Shown piece after piece: positions 57,293-64,000 of a stretch of 64,000 bases of DNA (its first letter is position 1; each line of letters starts with the position of its first letter). The notes beneath the pieces are model-generated. The model saw only the letters and a list, made by a program, of their open reading frames with translations. It was not told the DNA's origin and searched no databases. The stretch is from Alloascoidea hylecoeti (taxonomy: Eukaryota). The position numbers and the translations under genes are program-made. The DNA is taken from positions 544,450-608,449 of the forward strand of contig BCKZ01000006.1 in assembly GCA_001600815.1 (NCBI GenBank), given 5' to 3'.

Positions 57293-58191
57293 TTTAAAGA
57301 ACTATAACAAAGAAGAGATAATAAAATATAAATATATTTTCTTTTTGTGATTCTTTAAAAATGGTGGCTGTTAGAAATTTATGTCACAAACAGAGCAATC
57401 AACACAAGCCAGCACCAATCACCAACACCAGGATAGGATAAAACTATTATTGTAGATAAATCTTAACATACCTTATGAAGGACCGGAAAAGGAATTGATG
57501 GAAATAAACAATATAAAACAATTGTTATTTACCAAATAGCACGCGTTGATGTTTAAAAAACTAGCAGTTAATCAAGTTCAGATATCAAGACTAGCTATAT
57601 CCAAAGAGGAGTTCTAAGATATATTTTGGGTTCCGGATCGAAAAGAGAAGTTTCAAAGCAACAGAATTAACCACTAATGCTAATAGAAAAAGTTGAGAAG
57701 ATGAAAAAAAGAAGGAAGAAGGATTATAAAAGTAAACCTTTTAATGGTGGTGGAAATGAAGAATCGCACAGACAACGGGTTTTTGTGTTTACTCATTGCC
57801 TCTTCGGGACATTGTGCATCAATATATTTTTTCATGTTTGTCGATTTCCTGATTGGGTTAAATTGCATACAGTGTTGAAAAGGATATAATATAACACATA
57901 ACATTTTAACTAAATCTATATAAGAAATCTTATTATTGAGGATGCATTTATTAACTTAACTACCTAAATATACATCAATATTGATCTCGAATTGGAATTT
58001 CCAGATATAAGCTTATATTTATATATCGCATCTAATAAACAGATGAAAAAAATCCCATTATATTCCTCTCACTGCTTTCAGACACTGTACGCTTACACGA
58101 TTGGAAATTGAAATATAAAAACAATAAATAAATATATCATTCAAATTATACAAGACATTTCATTAAATAAAACTAGCTAATATTTCAGATA

Positions 58192-59925
58192 TTAAACGGC
58201 AGATTGTTCTTTTTCTTTTTCTATATGAGTTTCCTCTGTAATATGTAGATACTGCTCTTCTTTGTATTCAGCATCAAGAACATTCATTTCTTCTTCAATT
58301 AGATTATATTTCTTAAACAAGAACCAAAATACGATTCCAGAAAAGAATGTGGCAACAGAAAGACCAGTGTACATCCAAACCATATGTGGATCTTTGGCTC
58401 CTGGTGAAATAGCAATACCAATTGCTGAACCAAAGGCATTAGTTAGTAAAAACATTGACATAATAAATGATTTCATATTTGCTGGGGCTTTTGTATAAGC
58501 ATATTCTAACCCTGTAACTGAAGCAAAAATCTCTGATAATGCGATAAAAAGATAAGCTGGGGCTTGCACAGCAACATGAACTCTGTTTGGAACGCTACCA
58601 TTTGGTGAAGCAGGACAATTTAATGGTGAATCGTAACAAGGACCAGCGGTATAAATAAGATGTTGAACGACGGCAGCGTAAGCCATTGCAATAGCACCAA
58701 AGAAGAAACCACAAGTGATTCTGGTAATTGGCTTGAACTTAATTCCCATTTTTCTTAAGTATGGATAAACGAGTTTATTCAAAATTGGAATAAATATAAT
58801 AACAACAATTGGATCAATGTTTTGCATAATATCATTTGGAATTCCATGTGTTTCCATTTCACCGGCTTGTGATACAAAGTTATTTATCATTTGTCCATAA
58901 ACAATCCAATAAACTGGATAAAACACAAAAACTTTACAAGCTTTCAATGCTCTTTTAACTTCTTCGACGTAAAGATCTGTCCATTTAACTGGTGGTTCTC
59001 CACTAATTTCACGGACTGTTGGTTTTGCTGCATCAAAGTTACCTTTATTTTTAACACCAATGAATATAATTCTGAAACAATCTGGAATAACAGATCCCAT
59101 TGGTGGTTTTATAACATAACGTTTTCTTCCTAATACCAATGCAATAATACCAACGAAAAAGAAACAGAATGGTAGTAGGTAAGCAGCCCAGAATCCAACA
59201 TTCATTTCTAATTCAGTTGTTGCTATTGCAGATAATGAACCAGTATTAATACAGAAATAAAAAACTAAGAAAATGGTCTCAATGGTAGTTGAAGGGTCAA
59301 CAATAACTCTCTCACCAGACTTTAATGTCTTTAAAAATGGTTTCGTGTTTGTATACTGCTCAGCAATTAATGGTGACACATTTGATTTAATACCACCAGT
59401 ACCAAGGCCAATAACAATCATTGCAACAACTAAACCACCAAGTGATGCATTATTTGCAATCGCAACAGGTAATGAAGTGACAAATAAAATTAAACAACCA
59501 ACAACGTAAACTAGAGCAAAATAAAAAATTGTTTTATATTTACCCAAGTATGTATCGGCAATATAAGCACCTATAATTGGAGTTACGTAACACCAAAATT
59601 GAAAGAAATAAGATAAGGCACTGGTATGGGATTGACCAAGACCCAAGGCGCCCGGCGTACCATCAGTTGGCTTATATTGCATATAATTTGTAAAAGGGCC
59701 ATTAACACCATAATATGTGAATCTTTCACATAATTCAACTACAGCAACTAACCAGACTGCAGTTGGAAGTTTATCAGCAATACGTCTTAGCGTTGCCATT
59801 TCTTCTTCTGTTGGTTCATGTTCATAACTTTCTCTTGATTCAACAGATAAATTTTGATGAAGTTTATTTTCAGAAATATTCCTAACAGGACTTTCGTTAA
59901 TATCACTCTCTTGAATTCCTGCCAT
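58192..59925 (-). CDS. PTR2: POT/PTR2 di-/tripeptide transporter
   Basis: ELCERFTYYG, GAYIADTYLGKYKTI, GTGGIKSNVSP, FYFCINTGS, GLEYAYTKAPANMKS. Confidence 0.96.
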   Translation of the reverse strand: MAGIQESDINESPVRNISENKLHQNLSVESRESYEHEPTEEEMATLRRIADKLPTAVWLVAVVELCERFTYYGVNGPFTNYMQYKPTDGTPGALGLGQSHTSALSYFFQFWCYVTPIIGAYIADTYLGKYKTIFYFALVYVVGCLILFVTSLPVAIANNASLGGLVVAMIVIGLGTGGIKSNVSPLIAEQYTNTKPFLKTLKSGERVIVDPSTTIETIFLVFYFCINTGSLSAIATTELEMNVGFWAAYLLPFCFFFVGIIALVLGRKRYVIKPPMGSVIPDCFRIIFIGVKNKGNFDAAKPTVREISGEPPVKWTDLYVEEVKRALKACKVFVFYPVYWIVYGQMINNFVSQAGEMETHGIPNDIMQNIDPIVVIIFIPILNKLVYPYLRKMGIKFKPITRITCGFFFGAIAMAYAAVVQHLIYTAGPCYDSPLNCPASPNGSVPNRVHVAVQAPAYLFIALSEIFASVTGLEYAYTKAPANMKSFIMSMFLLTNAFGSAIGIAISPGAKDPHMVWMYTGLSVATFFSGIVFWFLFKKYNLIEEEMNVLDAEYKEEQYLHITEETHIEKEKEQSAV

Positions 59926-60303
59926 TTTTGATTTTAAGATGAAGAGAGGAAAAGAACAATTGCGGGGAATGATAAATATTTATATATCCAATTAATGGCA
60001 CCTAAAACTATAACAAGTAAAAGAGGGTTGGAATTTGTAAGGATCTTTAAAACAATTTTGCAACCAAGTAAACCTGGAGTTGAAAGAAAAAGTTTCTTTT
60101 TCAATAAATAGTGAAGGTTTTATATAATTGTAATGTAATAGATTATGAATAATAGGGTGATTTAAAACATTGTATATAGTCATACAAGCCAATAAATAAT
60201 GTGCATCGATATCAATAAACACTTCGGTGTCTCAAGGACAAATAATAAGTAGTGAACGTTAACATATTTTTACTTTGATGTTGCATTTATCTATACATAT
60301 TCA

Positions 60304-60311
60304 TGACGTCA
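60304..60311. promoter_or_regulatory. CRE palindrome upstream of PTR2
   Basis: TGACGTCA about 380 bp upstream of the PTR2 ATG. Function untested. Confidence 0.35.
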
Positions 60312-61927
60312 AGGAAATTGAGCGGTAAATTATTACTGGATATTTTAAGGGTTCAACTTGCAATGCATATAACCTTACCTTATTTCGGAGAAATTTTCAA
60401 CGTTTAAAATCTTCGGCGTCAGCCATATGCATAACTTATATCTTGTAGATATGCTAAATTATCATGTTATACATATTAATCTAAAAGTTCCACAGTTATT
60501 GTAGCCATGTATGGGCCAGGGGTTCGACTTAGAAGATCCTTATGATCGATATCTGACCCGAAAATCAAGGTACTATAGCTTCATTCATCATATATTATAC
60601 TTATTCTGCATTATTTGTCTTATGGTTCAACTAACAAATACGATGGATTTTAAGCTTTTAGCTGCAATTGGTCTTATATGACCAAATTTACTGCAAATTA
60701 TTAGGTTTCCAACTTTTCGTATTCTTGTTGTAGCATCAAAGAGAACTGGATCACACGATAGTTAAACATGCATAATTGCATCTCACCGTAAACTGAAAAA
60801 AATTATCACAGAAATTCGCATAACATAATGTTGGCCGCGGACAACTTGGCCAAGCTTATACCCGGCAAGGAAAAGTTGAGAATTGATGGATTTATTCTAT
60901 TGTTGTTCAATTTGTCCTATTGGCTGATTAGAAGATAAGCAACTGCAGCTGTCATGCCTATACATAACAATACTTGAATATATTCAAATATTGCATTACA
61001 CGGCTCACTCTGCGCATACTAATAATGTAATATTTGAAGCCTTACCTATAAGTCCTTCTTACAAGTCCAATTGCAATTGCATAAGATCTCCCGAAGGATT
61101 TTTGTTTTAACAAAATGAGAAGTAGGCCCACAATCGTAATTGTTTGGGTACACCCTTTAATTATAGCATTCGGCCTTTTCCGGGTTGAGTTGAAAGAGTC
61201 ATAGGAATCCCTGAAAATACGCTTCACGTATGCTATTTCAAAAGTTAATTATGCATCCACACCCTTATAGAAGAGCCAATTGTAATCGAAAATATTCACT
61301 TATCAATTGGGCAATATATCCATCCTAGCTATAAATAATACTTAACCATTTTAGATTCAGTTTGTGTGGGATATCCAGTTGCAACGTTAGCATTACAAAG
61401 ACACTGAGATTATAATTTTATGTAGTGAACTACTATCAATAGAATAGTAACGTATTGCTATACATAGGCACAGTATACAGTTTAACTTGTATTATTAGAG
61501 ATCATGTTGAAACCAGTTACGCCAAAAAGTTTCATGGCCTTTTGTTGACTCCTCAAGGTCAGAGTGGATATATCCAACATGTAATACAGTTGCAATTTCA
61601 ATAATCTATAGCCCACTAGTACAGTAGTTACTTTAAGATCATTGTAACATTTTAATATAATACCCATGGTAGTACTTTGCCCAGATTTCCGATAGTAACG
61701 CCGTGCTATGATCGGCATACAACACATTGCAGAAATATCAAATTATTCATATCTTTTGAATTCATAATCTCATCGTTTGATGAACGGCAATAGACGGTAG
61801 CAGAAAGTCGGATTACGTAATGAAAACTTTCCCACACACATTATTTTTTTCATCACCGGCAGTTACCCGGAGATAATATTGCTACACAATAGGATTTTCT
61901 TTAGATGTCAGCGATCAGACGATCAAA

Positions 61928-62281
61928 ATGGCAGAAGTTCCAAAGTATGTAAATGATTAACAGGTTATATGTGTACTATGCTAATATATCAACTTATAAT
62001 AGGGAAGTTATTCAAAAGCTAGTGATATTCACAGCAGCAATGGTCATTGCTCCACTTACAAGTTTCTTCACGGTAAAGTACTTATTAGGTATGAAATGTT
62101 TATTTATCTCATTAACAGTTAGATATCCCTTTTAACCAAACAAAATTCAGGATTTAATTCAATTCTTTCGGGTGGTCTAGCAGCTTTAGTAGCTAATATT
62201 GTGTTGATTGGTTATATTGTGGCTGCATTTGCTGAAGACACAACCAAATTTGAAAATGTAAAAGAAAAGAAAGAACAATGA
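61928..62281 (+). CDS. VMA21: V-ATPase assembly factor Vma21 (3 exons: 61928-61944, 62003-62088, 62151-62281; 77 aa)
   Basis: Spliced product [77 protein letters not shown]: two TM helices and a KKxx ER-retrieval tail. Confidence 0.92.
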
Positions 62282-62536
62282 TTTTATAAATTATATTAAT
62301 CACAAAATACATATACCAAACCTCCCATATGAATATTACCATAAAGCTATATATGTAGCTAATTTATACGCACGAAAAGAAAAAAAATATATAAAAATAA
62401 AGACAAGGAAAATAAAATTTATCTTTGCTGGCCAAAAATAACATTTTCATATACGTATTAAGTATACATTTTCTTGTTCCCAAAACCCTGGTTTTCTGTA
62501 AATAGTTTTTTTTTTTTTGGGCTTCAAAATGTGTCA

Positions 62537-64000
62537 TTATGGGCGTACGAGTTTCACATCGTCATAAATTACTATTCGACGAGCTCTAATACTAGGTATA
62601 ATATCTCCATTTTCCAAATTTTGACTAATTAACCTTTTTTTTCCTTGCTTCATTTTCTTAAGTTTCGAATGAAAACTCTGTTCTTCAATATCCTTATGAT
62701 TTTCGTTTTCATTTTCATTACCATTAAACTCCTCTCGTACGCTATCATTGTTATATTCTTCTTCAGCAGCAACAGGAAAATCGTTCTCATCGTTATCATT
62801 CGGTGCATTCAAGCCATAATCACCGTTCGATTCTTCATGAATTAACATATTCTCTTCTTTTTGATCTTGTTGTTCTTGATGAATCACATCATTCGATTCT
62901 ATAGCATTTGGTGGATCAGACGGTGAATCTCTATTATCCTTTAGATCATACTCTATATTAAGTATAGGAGATAAACGATTTATTGGAGAATTCTTATTCA
63001 AATCAATCGAAATATCATTGTATTCTTCAAAATCAGAGTTGATAATCTCATTATCATAATTTTCATCAATATCATCTTTTTGATCATTATTATCATCATA
63101 AACTTTAGCTAAATTTGAGTTAATCAAAGTTATATTAGTTCCTGTTGTTTGTGTATCTTTATCCTCTTCCTCGAAGATTGATTCTGATAATTCGGCATCG
63201 CTTTGATAATTATCAGGAGAAACAGGGTGATTTTCTGTGAACTCATCATTTGTAGATAAAACAGTACTAGTAGTAATTGGTGAAACATGGAACATGTCGG
63301 TTTCAGCTTCAATTTCATTGTTTCTACTTTTGGTATTTTGAAATTTAAGCTCGATGTCTTCATTATTTTCATCTGAAGCATGATTCGATTCAATATCTTG
63401 GTCATTTTGATGTCCAATATCATAATCATCTTCAACGCCTATCTCTATATTAGATGCAATAAATTTCTCGTTACCTTCTTCGGTAATATCATATTTCGTA
63501 TGATTTTCATTAGGTGCCACTTTGAATTTACCAATTGGAGATTGAGCAAATGGCATAAGATTGCTATCTTGATTAAATGGTGATGATGATCCATTACGAT
63601 TTCTGCAATCAGTAGGAATTATGACATTTTTTAAAATCTTATATTCTAGTTTTTGTTCGATTTCTTTCATATGATTTTGTTTTCCAAGTAAGTCATAATT
63701 ATCAGGTAATTCTAGTAAATCATTAGGATTTGTAGGTGTCAATACAGGATTATCAAAAAATGATTCCTTTTCATTAAGTTGTTCAGTAACCTTTGAATCA
63801 TTTAAAGAATCTGTGTCACCTTCATAATTATCATTTTTTAAATGATTATCCTTTACATTTGATGATCTGATTTCATCTCGTGATGAATTGATTTTGTCAT
63901 CTACGGATTGAGAATTATCATGAATAGAATCAGTAGTTGATTCAGATTCAGATTCTGAGTATGATTCATTATCAGATACGTTTAATGAAAATTTACCACC
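62537..64000 (-). CDS. Acidic low-complexity protein, 5' end outside window
   Basis: Frame is open from base 64000 to the stop at 62537 (>480 codons), D/E/N/S-rich. No family recognised, and the true 3' end is uncertain. Confidence 0.7.
   Translation of the reverse strand, partial: GGKFSLNVSDNESYSESESESTTDSIHDNSQSVDDKINSSRDEIRSSNVKDNHLKNDNYEGDTDSLNDSKVTEQLNEKESFFDNPVLTPTNPNDLLELPDNYDLLGKQNHMKEIEQKLEYKILKNVIIPTDCRNRNGSSSPFNQDSNLMPFAQSPIGKFKVAPNENHTKYDITEEGNEKFIASNIEIGVEDDYDIGHQNDQDIESNHASDENNEDIELKFQNTKSRNNEIEAETDMFHVSPITTSTVLSTNDEFTENHPVSPDNYQSDAELSESIFEEEDKDTQTTGTNITLINSNLAKVYDDNNDQKDDIDENYDNEIINSDFEEYNDISIDLNKNSPINRLSPILNIEYDLKDNRDSPSDPPNAIESNDVIHQEQQDQKEENMLIHEESNGDYGLNAPNDNDENDFPVAAEEEYNNDSVREEFNGNENENENHKDIEEQSFHSKLKKMKQGKKRLISQNLENGDIIPSIRARRIVIYDDVKLVRP

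Noticed and set aside
57343..57546. MSE (57343-57349), Fkh-like ATAAACAA and MCB (ACGCGT at 57541) motifs upstream of the cyclin
   Set aside because: Plausible for a CLB gene, but these are single short motifs in very AT-rich DNA and not distinguishable from chance.
61040..61750. Possible decayed gene between PTR2 and VMA21
   Set aside because: Short ORFs and one faintly kinase-like fragment (FL*LFQLNPEK), but no ordered motif series to support a call.
62430..62560. Extra 3' exon or frameshift extending the last gene
   Set aside because: A GTACGC...CAG intron or an error in the poly-T run could extend the ORF, but there is no clear branch point or homology to decide.

Overview
AT-rich fungal nuclear DNA from a budding yeast (Saccharomycotina). 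The short spliceosomal introns (GTAAGT/GTATGT/GTTAGT donors, CTAAC/CTAAT branch points) suggest an intron-richer, probably early-diverging lineage; that placement is inference. The window holds about 25 protein genes: the 3' end of a PDR ABC transporter, a Mto1/Spc72-like protein, PRP46, PUS7, an SSP2-like gene, DAL81, an INA22-like gene, TPS2, HIS2, a BIM1-like GPI-anchored copper protein, SIN4/MED16, LAP3, ZWF1, a CaaX-tailed globin, PDR16, ELA1, ZRC1/COT1, two metallothioneins, a B-type cyclin, PTR2, VMA21 and several unknowns. There is also one tRNA-Gly(GCC). Five genes are split by introns that the ORF track misses, and I reconstructed them by hand. The most striking structure is a 1.56-kb near-perfect palindrome (53275-54831). 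It carries two identical, divergent copies of a 63-aa metallothionein built from two 8-Cys modules, and its 109-bp spacer holds an inverted pair of Ace1/Amt1-like copper-response motifs. It lies near ZRC1 and the tRNA and between mobile-element-like debris. A separate BIM1/X325-type histidine-brace gene has Mac1-type motifs upstream. Long intergenic stretches hide decayed sequence: Fot1/pogo transposase relics, two hairpin/MITE-like elements, a UBC6-like pseudogene and an arrestin/Bul1-like pseudogene. All assignments come from reading motifs and from recalled S. cerevisiae gene order; no database searches were run.
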